Assembly: GCA_040954595.2 (NCBI GenBank)
Contig: CM082582.2
Location: forward strand, 11,275,483 to 11,339,482
DNA from: Balanoglossus misakiensis
Taxonomy: Eukaryota; Animalia; Hemichordata
DNA length: 64,000 bases
Reading direction: 5' to 3'
Under the pieces are notes generated by a model. The model made no database searches, was not told the origin of the DNA, and saw nothing but the letters and a program-made list of their open reading frames with translations. Both the position numbers and the translations under genes were made by a program. Below, one piece after another: positions 13,801 through 27,800 of this stretch (the stretch's first letter is position 1; every line of letters starts with the position of its first letter).

Positions 13801-15513
13801 CACCCCTTTAATGTCTACAAAAAATCTGGCATATATATCACACACAAAAATCAGCGAAAAGACATGGATTTCAGCTATTGTCAAGTCACTCTACGAGCAG
13901 CAAACACGGAGCAATGACACAGTGGACTTTCGTCTATCTCGTTGTTATTCTGATTTGCAGGTAGCACAGAATGTGAAATTATTCTCCACTGTTTAAACGG
14001 CGGAACCTTCGACCCAGTCTCCTGTGACTGCGCATGCTTGGATGCGTACCAAGGCGACGAGTGCCAACGTGAGTAACATGCCACCTTTAAGATCTCTTAA
14101 TTTTAATGTTCATTTATCCGATCAGTACGCTTGTCTTCTCTTAAAACTGGTTGTTATTGTTTACACCTAGATGAGAAAGAGCAGGCAGAATTTGGAGTTT
14201 TGTTGATGATATACGGAAACATTCAGGAGGTAGGTTATGGCGCTCTCTGTTGGGTGGTTGTTGGCCAATAGGGGGCACCGAACATGAATGATCTTCTATT
14301 GATACGGCTCAGAGTGGCCAAATGAAGCAAAGATGTACATCACCACCATTATTCTCTGTCTCTCTCTCTTTCCCTCTAGTGGCCAACTTTTGTGGATCTC
14401 TTGGTCAATGCGATATCTCAAGTTCTGAACCAATTTTGCAACGTCAACTTCGAACTCTGCTGTCCCGACAAAGGGTCGAAAATGAGGCAAGTGGGAATTA
14501 TATACATATTTACCACACAATCACGTGAAGTGGAAGTATCAAGGGGCGATTTTGATGCCCAGGTTTTATTGGGACACTTTTGAAGTCATGTTGAATATAT
14601 GCAATCTTTTTCTGTTTCATGTTTTAGCGTTGAGGTTTATGCATTTGTAAATGAGACACACATCGTGATCGCTACGGGCTATCCAGAAATTGATGCTGAA
14701 GATGACGGCGTCTATTGGGCTATGTTGGTGGTGCGCCCTCCCATCGACAACGATTTGTGCGAGAGTGGCAGCAGTGAAGACGCAATTCCACAAAGACGTT
14801 GGCGACATCCTGCTCTTCTCCTGAGCAGTAGAGTCGCGCGAAGCATCGGTTCAGGTTTGTGAGGAGAACTTTATCCAGTCTCATATTATGGAAAGATGAG
14901 TATCCATTAAAGGTCATCGTCAAAGGAGTTATCAGACATACATGTACTGATAAATGTTTAATGATGGGAGAGGGTCTATGAAAATTCGAAGCAAACTTTA
15001 TCGCCATTTTTGGATTTTTATTTGAAGGGTTTTACATGGATCAGGAAGTTCTGTATGAGGCTATCGAAGAAGGGCTAGAAGTGATTCAGAACGTGACAGG
15101 CATCACCATCCGGGAACTTCAGAGGGGGAGAGTCATCGAACGTGAGCCCCAAGAAGTCGACGTGGAAGCAGTGGTGAAAAACGTCATCGGAATAGAGCTC
15201 ATCGTGCTGTTCGCCATCTTGGGATTGGCCAGTCTCGTAATCATGATCACGGCAACGGTTGTTGCCGTCAAACGGTGAGTTTTGTACCATAAAGTTGTGT
15301 GAATGAAATGCGATTTAAATATTTGGTGGACTTATAGTTCATTCGTGATTTTGGAAACAGGCATGTACCTTTGGAAATATCAGTCAGTTTCAGCGTAATA
15401 TTAATAAACTCTCGTCATTTTGCATTTTTTTCGGTTGCAGCTGTAAAGAGAAGTCACGAGCTTCGGTAAAGGTCCACGTCATTCATGTCGAAGAGCGATC
15501 AAGCGGTACCTAG
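10876..15513 (+). CDS. Type I membrane CAP/SCP (CRISP-like) protein: signal peptide-CAP-EGF-like-ShK-like-Thr-rich mucin stalk-EGF-SEA-like-TM
   Basis: Signal MRGVCLLVVLCVHYVCVLS. CAP motifs HRQLRSEVDPPASDMKFM, WDDDLA..AQ, GQNMW, AVDAWYDE, CGHYTQVVWAES..LGCG, IVCNYGPSGN. EGF-like CLNCG..CTCKCEDGWYGPDC (12618-12708). ShK-like C..CPLMCGVC (12862-12978). Thr-rich exon 13360-13703, EGF exon 13969-14069, TM LIVLFAILGLASLVIMITATVVAV, last exon 15441-15513. AATAAA near 15580. Confidence 0.9.
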
Positions 15514-15750
15514 TCTAGAGCTTGGGTGACGCTTTTCAGTCACACACATAAGTCAAAATATTGTAGAAGAAATTATTTTAATAAAAGTTCGAGCACACTG
15601 AATCAAGGAAAAGATCCTTGACGTTAACTTAAACTTCAACAAAGCAGTATAATTTACAAGTGGAATGCTATCGTTCAGATATTGAACGACACGAGTACAT
15701 TATCCGGCTTACAACAACACGTAGCATTTAAGACAACTCCTGTATTCTTT

Positions 15751-16040
15751 GTATGCTAAAAAACTTCTCAATCGCATCAACCAATCACAAGCTCCGCAAA
15801 ATACACCTGATGAATGACACGTTTTGATTGGATAGTTGTCAACCAGCGCATTTGCCAGATGGTCAGTGAGGTACCACGTTAATCGCCATTCGTAACTTAG
15901 TCTTTGACGTACAAACGCCATGGGTGAAATTAGTGACGAAAACTACCTATATTCATTAACCCAGTGCGATTTCCGACAACCAAGTAAACGTATAGGGCAT
16001 TACTGTGATGATATGGACTGGATTTTCCAAGATTTTGGCA
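15751..16040 (+). repeat. Dispersed repeat copy 1 (paralogous to 63709-64000), decayed element with an ORF remnant
   Basis: Ungapped core of about 100 bp (CAACCAATCAC...GATTGGATAGTTG...CCACGTT) with about 20 mismatches against copy 2. Homology continues into an ATG-initiated remnant (MGEISDENYL..TQCDFRQPS vs MVESSDENDLFITQSNFRHPS). Confidence 0.8.
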
Positions 16041-19000
16041 ACCTCATACAAGATAATGTGCCTAAACCAGCGGTCATGGAAAGTGAATTGACGAAGGGTG
16101 CCTTTCCTCCTGGCTTGCAGCTCTCATTGCGTACATCCTCTACTGTAAGTAACAGCTCTCTGTCATTTTTTATCGAAACATATACATTTATTATATCGAC
16201 TAGCAAGTTCAGGTGAAGCCGTGTGTGGGGTGGAAATGAAACCCCAACCAAAGGTTGAGCCCAGCGTAGAGATTACCGAGAAAGATGGCCGAACCAAGTA
16301 TGTGTACCTGGAAGAACGAGTTTGGCCACGTGTATAGTGTAGTGGCACTCGCACACACACACACGACGGCGAATTAGCGCTAACACTGCTCTGTGTCATT
16401 AAATGACGCGGGGAATTCAGGGCATTGTGACACCAATAATGCGTTTTGAAGAGGCGCAATTATGGAAGTTAATTCCCTCCGTGGCAAGACATGGAAATTA
16501 TAACAAAGAAGCTGTCACGGTTTCGCTAGATTGACCCCGGGGTCAGACAGTGTCAGGAATGATTGCAGATCAATTCCAGTTCAGACAAAAGTTGACGAAT
16601 GAGTCAGGGACTGCGCAACCTCCCACTCGCGCAGTGTTGTTGATAATAGGTTGGTTTAATAGTAAGGCGACTCCTCTAGCATTTGATGCATCAATATATA
16701 CTTCGTGACGGTTGTATAAAATCACTTGTTCTAGTTATCTGCTGCGGGTTAGTGCAATCTACACACGATCAAATACTGCGTGGCCGAATTATTGTTCAAG
16801 CATGTCACACGTAATAATTATTCCAGACAAGTTTTCATATCCATTTGAACAAGTAGCACGGACGAGGGACTGTGACTGAACGAGACCACTCCCCCAGGCG
16901 CCGTAAAAACGATTACCATCTACGGTATCAAAAACAAGGACAGCTGACAACACGCACCATGACGATCGGCCACCGACGAAAGTTCGTGCTCGTAAAGACT
17001 CCATTCCGGGGAGAATCGGGCCTGTCCCACATAAACAAACATTTTGATCTAATTGTGGATGCAATTAAAATGGCTTTCTTCTGAAATAGAGTGAAAAACA
17101 ACCACAAAGGTTTAGTTGTTCAGGAAATTGCTTCAATCTACACATACGTAGGTATAAACTCATTCATGACAAGTTCACGGACACTTCTGATGAAGTCATT
17201 TCCTTTTGGTATAACCTAATCTTCGGCATCGATATATGATTGATGGTATACCTTTCGAAAATTCATGTTGTCACAGAATTCTGAGCAAGAAAATTACACG
17301 TCGATCGACCGTAGATAGATGTGCATATTCACAAGTCTGATTCAATAATTCAATCAGGAATGATATAGGTGGTGATTGAATTTAAATATATGCGTCAGTG
17401 ATAATCTCCCGAGGATTTCAACCTCTGGAAAGGCCACGTACCGTATCATGGTATCAAATTATCTGGCCATAATTTGACATACCTTTAGACGGGTGCCTTA
17501 TAAAGAACTTCAGGAAATCAATAAGAGCCACCTTTCAATTTCCATCACTCCGTTGACTCCCTAATTGGTCTGTGTTGAACGTCATAGGGTTGAGGAGAAT
17601 GGGACCTAATTCATCCTTTGGAAGATGACAGGTTTAATATCACTGAGGGCGCACCTGTTTTGTCATTATGTCGTAAATATGTAAATGGTTGTGATGAAAA
17701 TTATCACGACGTTATTGACCGTGGCATGTCCGAATATTTAATCTAGGATTTCTTGGAGTAGCCTAACCCCACCACTTTTGGTTTCAAAATGACCCCTCTC
17801 CTTTAACCGTTGCACTTGGCTCTATTTGTGTCCCTTTAAATTTATTTAATCATTAACGCGTAACTTATTTCCCCGATTTATGCAAAATAAAACCAATGTC
17901 CTAACTCAACCATGACCAGTAGATCACGTCATGTCGGCTAAGATCATCGGCAGTCGCGTCACGTCTCCACTCCCGGTTCGACGAACGGTCGATTCAGTAC
18001 GCGCTCCCCGGGACACTGAAACGTCAACTGAGATGGCCCCTGCGTAGAATCAGCCTCAAGCTTCTCTCGACGACACTGTGATCAAAACAGCATCCTGTCG
18101 CTGAGTCGCAAAGTGCTGGTCATCGTTGTTTATTGGCCATCTTCGATATTGACGTTCGATCACCTCGTGAATCCCTGACCGCTCGGATGAAACAGTGTCA
18201 TCTACCGCCTGGCGAGCGTCACGCCCGCAGACCGTAACCATTGGCATACTTTGTCAACATAAACGTAGTGCGTCAGAACTTTTGTGATCATTTTTACAGA
18301 TGAAAGGATAGAGGGAACATTAACCTGCCTTCGGAAGTCAAGAAACAACGGAGTTCTCGGTAGGTTGTGACCGTGTGAGTGTGCACCACGAATAGACTCG
18401 TAGGTTGAGAGTAATTTAAAGTGGCCAATGCCATTTAACTAAGTCTGCTGCAGAGTGATACCATAATATGAACGTATCTATGAGAATGGAAACAACCACG
18501 ACCCTAACGCGCCTTATATTTTGATATTATATATGGACGAGAATTTAAATTTATATATATTGACGTGACATTTTACACCAATATACTTAACTTTGCCCTT
18601 GAATTCTTAGACAGAGAGCAACGGCAGTCATAAATCAAACATATTGGTGCATAATTTTACGATATCGGACTAATAAAATAGAGTAACGAAATTGGCCCAG
18701 AGTGATATTTTTAATAACGAAGGCCAGTTTTATGCGTAACAATTCTCGTTTCGGAAAGGTGAGCTGTATTCCCACATGGTCATAGCCATGTACAAGTCGG
18801 GGAATGATATATGAGATCTCCGTCAAAGCCATTAATCTTTTCTTCGTTTTGTAAGGTAAATATGCGCATGCAGATTGCCACGGTAACCTGTTTGCTTATT
18901 TTATGGCAATCGAGTGCCAAGAACCGCGGTTTTATGGACTCAAACATTGATGTTCGTTCAAGCGTTACGATTTTTTCTCACCAGTTTACAATGAAGGTTG

Positions 19001-21885
19001 TTGTCGCCCATTTTCGTATTGGCCAATTTCTGGCGAATTGATCTGTAAATCTCTCGATCGCATCGCCTATTAAACAGTTTAATCTCTGTATAAACGACGA
19101 TACACGTTCTTGCGGAAGACCGATTTTAACCATTCAAGAAACATGATTGTGGTGTGTAAAGACCACATATAGAAACATAGGTGATAGATAAGACGCATCT
19201 CTACATAACTCTGATTTTTAATCAGATTGTGGACACCTAAAAATACAGCACAAGCTTCACTAACACGGCAATCATCATTCGATATCCCTCCTTAATCATA
19301 AATGGGTTTAAAATCTCCCGGGATGGTCTGTCAGCACACGGAGTTAATTTCCTGGTGATATTGTCTAGCTCTCGCCTGTCAAAATATTTTCGCGATTCGA
19401 TGAACCTGAATGTGACGGAGGATATACTCAGGATTGGTGATTTCGCGTATCGGCTCATGGCCCGTGGATTTACAGGTCTTATTACCCGCCTTTACTGTTT
19501 TCAGTGACGTTCAGATGGAAATCAGCTGACTGACAACACCTGACATTTCAAATATGACTTCAAAAATTGGGCGACGCGTCGATTTACGAATTCAAAGGAT
19601 AGAATTTCCACTCGGAGCCAGAAAGTCAGAGGAAGGATTACTGAAAATTTCTGCCCATTTCCGGTTTCACCTCTTTGATATCTGATGTTTTTTATCAGGA
19701 TTAAACGTGAGTGGGGTGTGTGTTAAGTTTGATAATATCGCGACGAAAAACACTGCTGTTATCTGAAAACACGTGTTCGTTGCAGCGTCGGTTACGCGTG
19801 ACGAGAATTAAAATTCACTGACTGCCACAAAAATGTCAAATTCATCTACTAGGCCTACATACAGGATGCACGACATGGAATCTATAATTGTTTCCATATC
19901 ATTCCAGCTGGTAAAGTTCAGTCTAGACCGACTCTTGAGCAGCAAAAGATTTCTAGTTAAACTACAAGATGGCAGTTTGATATTTTAGAAAAACGAGACG
20001 ATGTACATTCGCGACTCTCCCAAAAAGCAATGAAATGCGGTTGAGTGGTTTCTAATGACACTGACAGAGAAAATGAAACGCCGTTAATAGCTTTAGGGTT
20101 CAAATATTGGCTCGTCTGCCCGTGCGCGGAAAGCTTTGATCGGCCGTGTTTGCAGACGAAGAATTGTTTTAAAAGCACACGAAGATGAGACACCAGCTGG
20201 GACTTTGTGTAATGAATGCCATCGCTCCGTGCATATCAATTATCATGGCCGTGGCAACATTATTTAAAGGCCCACAAGCTGCAACCAATGTATGATCATG
20301 CATTCGTTTACATCAGTGTATTCATGTAAGATCAGAGCAAATCAGAAATAGCTTTAATACAGTCAATACATTTTTTGATTACTTTTAGATTTTGTTGTGA
20401 TGTCCTATTAGGAATTCTGGGTCACGGACCCCGTACGATAGTATCTCACGCGCATCACTTTTACTCGCTAGCTGTGTCCAAGTTCCACGAGTTTTGAACA
20501 TACACCAATTAAATCCCCATTTTGATGAAAGAAGCTATCATTTCCACGAGGATGTGAAGTTTGGAACAATGTTCGGTTAAATTGGAAGTGTAAATTTAGG
20601 GGAAATCGAAAAATGAAATTATGGACCTGGTCACTGTATTACTGTAGTATATTATTGGATACGCACACATCTGTAGATGGAAGCCCAGAATCAAAAGTAA
20701 ACACAGAAGTCGTTTTTCATTGACTTTTTTAAATTGTTGCAATGTGTCAGAATATTTGAGGGCATGTTTTCACGAACATTACGCAAAAGCTGTTTAAATA
20801 TCCGAAGGGCATGTACGCGCTGGCGAGTTATAATTAATATCTGAGGGAAGCATCAATGTTTGAATCCAATATTTGATGTGAAATACTTTTATCATGGGGC
20901 TATCTGGTCCGTATTTAGTTGAAAGAGTTGCTGGTTGGTGACCAAACGATGACGTCAGATCCGTTCAATTCTGCTCCCAGTTATGATGACACTGTTGGCT
21001 TGTTGTTTACGCAGACAGATGCCGCAGCAACGTCCCTCCCCGATAACTCTCTATTGGACAGATAAAATATATTATCATCTCTAACCGGCCATAAAGTTGT
21101 TTTTAGTGAACAACAAGCGTTGTGCCTTCATTATACATCATCAGTCGAGATAATGGAAAATAATTAGCATTTTCCATTGGTCAAGGTGACTGGTAACCAA
21201 GTCACATGGCCTCAGGAAATGTGTAAGTTTGAAAGTGCATATGTACTTTTGATGTCAGCAAGGTTGAAAGAAATATTTTCAAAATGAAATATGACCCGAT
21301 CGGTTGTTTGACAGACAAATGAGTGATGATCAATTGATCAGCATCGCATCACATCATGTAAACAAGCGGAAGAGGTGAGCACATTTGATTGGTTCCGGGT
21401 ATTGATCACGTGATCCACAGTTGCTCGGCTGTCCACCAATGACGGCGTCGCGATCAAATCTGTCGCACGTCAGGCAATCGGCGGCTAGCATGATTGACGT
21501 GCATTGATTATAGAGCTATACTCTTGGGTTTATTAAGAGCTGGACTGTTTTTGTAACACCCGTGGAACGTTTATAAAGCTAGGTTCATTCGCTGTGGTTG
21601 TACGCACCTCAATTTGAATAATTTATCCGGGGGGGGGGGGGGGTTCATAATCAAATAAAATCTGATTCCGTAGTAATTGGTAATTACTCAGACATCAATC
21701 TTCGCTGTATGCTATGGCTATTCTTCTGTTATTAATATTTCACAGCCGTGACTAATTGTTTACATAATTTCCACGCACTTGCTTTAAACAACTTTTTACC
21801 CGATTTCACGCCCTCCGCACATCACATGGATTTCGCGACGCTTGACTGTCGTATATGGTCCTCTCGCACCTGCAGGCGCTGAGCG

Positions 21886-24800
21886 ATGACAACACAGGAG
21901 GGGGGCACCAATAGCAACACCCCGAAGTCGATGAACCAGCTGGAACAAGGCGAGCCTCTGGTGGGCAAGAAGATGGCGGTGCGGCCGAAGAAGGGAAAGA
22001 GGAAGCGGCAAGGGCGGGAGCGCCTCCGCAACATCGTCAGGGAATTCGGCAACCGGACGTCGTGCCACGGACTCCCGCGCATCCTGGGCGCCAAGTCGAC
22101 GGCCGGTCGGTTGGTGTGGCTGTGCATATTCACCGGCTCCTGCTCGCTGTTCTTCATCCAGCTCCACCAGCTCGTCAAGCTGTTCCTCAACTATGACGTG
22201 GCGGTTCGCATCGAGATGGGCACGGCCAAAAGTCTGGATTTCCCGGCGGTGACGCTATGCAACACGAACAAACTGAGGCTTTCGGAGATCGAGAAGAGCG
22301 AAGAACATCATCGACTGGCCCTGACCAATCCGGCCCACCCTCAAACCATCTACAAGTCGTTATCTTATGAAAGTGAGTATGAACCAACACAGTCACATAA
22401 ACCTACCAGTAGTACAGGAATACTTTACACAATCATAGTATCTGTTGTTAGTTTGGTTTAGCCTTTAATGATTACGACCGCAATCCCTAGTGTGACATCA
22501 CCTCTCAACCATCTCCTCCTCAGTCGTCATTTACATTAATCCAATCTCTGAATTGCGCATTTGTAATTACCTATCCTTTGACGTGTTCGCTATTTGACCA
22601 GTCAAGGTAGTTCAGAGATAATCAGAATATACGGAATTACTAACGTCGAATAATTCGATAAATCGGTTCACTGCAAATTGAGTTTTATCTTTAAGGACGA
22701 GACAGTGTGTTAAGATTGAATTGCAATGACGAACAACCTTGATGGTATCATACGACACATTGTCGTAATTCTACTTTAAATACGGAAAATATGTCGACAG
22801 TCAATCTACCGAAAGTAACCAATCAAACCAGTGACGCGAAGAAACTGGAATAATATAATCAATTTTGTTCAGCTGTCTCTCACCAAATATAAAAATCGTT
22901 TACTCTAAAAATGGATATTGGGTCGTTAAAATGTATTAAGGTCCACAGAGAAAAAAAATCGATCCACACAGATTTTCAAGCTTAAAACAACAGCCTGATG
23001 CCATATAAATTTTAGTAATTTTAGTATTTCCCAGTGAACAGGAAAAAACGTTCAAAAATTGTAATGTGACGACTTTATATACATGCACCAATTGCAAGTG
23101 GCACAGCGCTGCTGACGTAACCAGACACACAGACACCATTCTGACGTAGATACAATCTGCAGTTTACTTATTTGTGAGGCGTAACAACTTTACGCAGCAT
23201 TATATCTAATCCATTAAATTTGTCTACCACTCCGTTCTTTTCTTTCCACCACGTTACAGCACCATGCCTGGAAGGAGATTTCTCATGCGGCGACAGGGAG
23301 CGTTGCATCAAGTCTCACTTGGTTTGTGATGGCTACGTCCATTGCTGGGCTACCCTTAGCGACGAATTCAACTGCACTTACCGTAAGTATTGTCATTAAA
23401 TAATATTTAATTACGGTACAGAGTAATTACAATAAGTCATTTTTTATATCTGAGATGAAAAGATGAAAGTTCAGATCTCTAATACCATTAATAAGATCAA
23501 GTTTGTAGTGAAGAACTTTTTAACAAACGCCTCTCTGTCTGTACAAACTGAAAGAAAATTATTCAAGATGGCGGCGATCGAAACTTTTCAAAATTCACAT
23601 CATTGCATTTCGTTTGGGAATTCCCTCCCGGGACTTCAATTTAATGACAACGCCGGCGTCAAACAATTCACAATCTCCTGAAAAGGGTAAAGGCAAATAA
23701 GGCATGGCATTTTCAGCATGGTGTAATATCCTTTCTCCCGCGGCGAAATACTCTCAATTCCGCTGGGAATCACTTCTGTAATAACGGCAAATATCAATCT
23801 GACGAGGACATTTTAATTAGTCGGGTAGTTTTACTGCAATCAAACAAGCAGCAATAATTCCTACCATTGTACTCTATGTGAGCGGGTGGAAATAATATTC
23901 TCGTCTAATTAAGGTTTGTATCATATGTCACGGAAAGTACATTTACTTTTATATGTTGACAGTGAACTTGTATTGAAGTAGCACCGTTCGATTTTGGCCC
24001 ACGTATACGTGTAATAAAAGAGTTGTTTACTGTGCATTGCCTGTCTACGAAAGACACCTCATCTACTGACAATGTTCGTTTACATCCACAGCACCGTGCG
24101 GGGAGAAACAATTCGACTGCGGACAAGCTGGTCCAACCGGTGTGTGCATAGCCGAGTCCCTGACGTGCAATGGCGTGTGGGATTGTTTCGATGGGCGCGA
24201 TGAAATGAACTGCGGTAAGACTCGACAGGCTTCAAGTCTAAACCCACGACAGTCGATTTTTAATAATGAAATTGACTGCTGTGGCACGCGGCGCCACCTG
24301 CCGCAATTATGATGTTCAATTTGCTTGATAGGTATAATTGTAAATCGCAAAGACCTGTCAAAATCGACCTATTTCCCTTCTGTATTGGGGTTAAGGTGGT
24401 GGTGCATGTTACAGTATGGCATATTCAGAGCAGTTTTACACTTTCTTCTTGGTTTGCTCTAGACGGTCTGTCTGGCTGGATGGAAAACTGAACGTGTTTT
24501 CTTCAATGTTTAGATATTTGTAGAGGAGGAAAAGGTTGCGACCAAGCTCAGGGCGTCGGGTGGAAATGTGTTCCTAATGGACACCTTTGTGACCATTTCC
24601 CGGACTGTGCTGATGAAACCGACGAGAAGGACTGCGTTAGAGGTTAGTAAATTGGCTTGCCTTTGATTGAATCACTTTTACGACTGGAACCTGTGTTGAG
24701 GGATTTTGACGGCGCATCTCGCCGCACATTCCACGCCCTTTTGGTGGCAAGGATTGTCATACCACAAGAAAATGATTTAATGCGGATTTTACGTCTTCCA

Positions 24801-27800
24801 CGTGGCACATATTGTAATTAAAGGTTAATCAAAATGCGCATAAATATAAAAACCATAATTCGCAAAGGTAGCATTATATTAATTGATCGTAATTTAGTTG
24901 GTAATATGACATTTTTACGACAATGTTGGTAACTGTAATTATTTTGCGAATTGGCAATATTTACTTCAAGCCTTATTGACGGTTATAACCACACTTTGTA
25001 AAAGAGAAGATGGTTTCATCTGTCACAATTACCGAATGACAATTATGCGTCCATATATCAAGTTGGTCCATCATTCACGCACTGCACCATCATGGCTCGC
25101 GGCAACATACTATATATGGAGGCTCTGTCATATCGGAAATGTGTGCTCATTATTAAATGAATTGTAATTAATCAATTATATTGACGTAGAGGAAACTTAT
25201 ATTGGCGAATTTCCTATAAATATCGAGTTTGTTATAAACTAAGGTTAACCAGACGTTCCATATTTTCTTGCACACAGAACCGATAACCGAAGAACAGAGT
25301 AGTATTACAAAGGTAATACGATTTGAAAAGAACGGCATGATATATTCTCCCATGTACCCGATTTCTACTAGAGCAGAGACGCATATTGAACTGAGACTCG
25401 GATCCACCCACCGGAGATATTGGGACTGCGTACAGTTCACTTTCTTCGATATTGACATCAAGCAATCAGAGAACTGTTGGGACGAATACGTCAAGGTAAG
25501 CCCCCGTGTTCAAAACATAGCTCCCGTGTTCAAAAAAGTCTCTCTGCACCTGTGTTATCCTTTCCATTTTCTACAGTTTCTATACACAGCAATATACACA
25601 TGTAACCTCATTCACACGTTTCAGATTAGGAAGTTAAGAGTCGTCTCGCCGACAGTCGTTTTAATAAACTAAAGGTGTTTTCTCTATTAGCTGGAGGATG
25701 TCGATTTCCCGAGACTTTCCGACAGATTCTGTGGCACCCAGGCGAATGTCCAGTGGCGATCACGGACACGCGGTGGCCTCGTGCGCGTTACTTACAAGAC
25801 AGAGGGAGAGTACAGCGGAAGAGGGTACAGCGCCGAGTACAGGCTGGTGATCTGCCGAGCCGACGAATGGCGTGTGGAGCCCTGGGGCGAGGTATGTAAT
25901 AGCACCTGGGATTTTCCACACGAGTCAGTGAAACATATCACTCAACAAGTACGAGGAGTTATCTTTGATTCTTGCCATATGAGATTCTTTTTCTCACGTG
26001 GCCACAAAATGTGCCGAATGTGAAACATTGAAGACGAAAATTATTGACTGTATACCCGATGCCGTTTAGTCACGGTTAAGAAAACCAACCTTGGTCGTGT
26101 TTACAATTTGCGAAATGCTTGTTGATTATCAAAGCTAATGTTCCACGCATAAACCGTCGTCAGATCACCGAAAACCAGTCCATAATTCACGTCACGTGGT
26201 TTCTGTCAATGAAGTCAGTGATAATATCAGCAGCGAGGAATCCCAACTGAAGATTATTTGCACCAACTGCCAGCCTTGGCCTGGTCGTTCAGGCGATAAA
26301 CTGTGTGAATGTGAGACCAGTCGTGTCATTGCCTCGTTAATTATGCGGTGGACTCATTAAAGCTCAATTCGCCAACATTTGAAAGCCGATAATTATCTTG
26401 GAATCAGTTGGAAATGATTGCCAGCTTATAGTAATTTAATGTCAGGATTGATTTTACATGTACATGGACGCTTGCGATACAATAACCTCGAGCACACGGC
26501 GCTGCCAGTGAGGGCGGTATCTATATTGTACCGTAGTTTAGGGTGAAATGAGCTGTTGATATGTTTTGAGAATGAGATGAAAAAAATCACATATGTAAGA
26601 CCCCTTCTCTATACATAACCATGCATCTTGGTCAACACCAGTATTACCGAAAAATCGTGGTTCTTACGTTATACAGCCTGCAAAGTCAAAAATTTTCAAG
26701 GTTCTAGGTTATAAAGTCTTAATTTTAGTCTATGCAATGATAATTTCTCATTAAAAATTAACAATTACCGCTCTATAGCTCTCTCATTTCATCAAGGTTC
26801 TTAGATAGGCAGTTTCATGCATAGCCGTGGTTCTTTAAATTGTTGTTGTATTTTGCTAGTGTTCGGTGACGTGTGGTGGCGGCGTGAAAACTCGGGCTGT
26901 GATTTGTTACTCGTCACGTGGCATCAGGAAATCTGCCTGGGGGTGCAACGCCTATGGTTACAAGCCGAGCAGCCAGACGACGTGTAATGTCGAAGCATGC
27001 TACGACGAAGGTAAGATGTACGGTTCCAATCCTCAGATTTGAATCACAGTGACGGCAAAAGCGATGTAAAACAATGTTTACGTCGACAATCTGTCTACGA
27101 TGGTAATGATGACATCTCGGAGTTTGTTGTTTTCAGACACGTGTGGGCAAAAGTTCAACATCAACGAGAGAGAGATCACATCGCCCAGATATGCACGGAA
27201 CTATCCTCACAGTCAGCTGTGTCAAGTCGACATTGAAAACGCAGACAATGGATGTGTTTTGATCACCTTCAGTGATTTCTACCTAGAGAAAAGCCAGGAC
27301 TGCACTGGTGATAGCGTGGTCGTAAGTATGTCTAGTGCACTTGGCATCATGGCGTAGTCTCGGTTACCCAGACTGCACTTGTGGGCTCGCTTCCGGTCTG
27401 TTAGCGGCCGGAAGCGAGCTCAAAGTGCAGTCTGGGTAACCGAGATTATCACGGCGAAAAGAAACACAAACTGAGAGCATCATAGATGAAACAGTCGCAC
27501 AAATCCACTCCCATGATTTCCAGTAATGTGTTATTGTGATCTGTTTGCAATTTTCTTTATCATTAGATAGAAGACGCGACAGTACCTAATTTGACCAGGC
27601 GATACTGTGGAACGCAAGCGCCACCGAGATGGATTTCGGCCTCGTCCCACGCAAGGATTGTGTTCAAATCTGACGAATCGCAACAGGCCAGGGGATTTCG
27701 GGCAAATTACGAGCTGATTACACATTGCAATGTTTGGCATGTTGGTAAATGGTCAGAGGTGAGCGATGCGTTGGTTTCATTTGCATCTGTCTAATTTATA

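Noticed and set aside
17940-18360. GC-richer island with a GGTTCGA B-box-like motif, considered as tRNA or SINE
   Set aside because: No cloverleaf or A-box could be built. It may be a distal 5'UTR exon or enhancer of channel A but this is unsupported.
20264-20800. Possible TTAA-flanked DNA transposon remnant starting TTAAAGGCCCACAAGCTG
   Set aside because: No convincing matching terminal repeat found.
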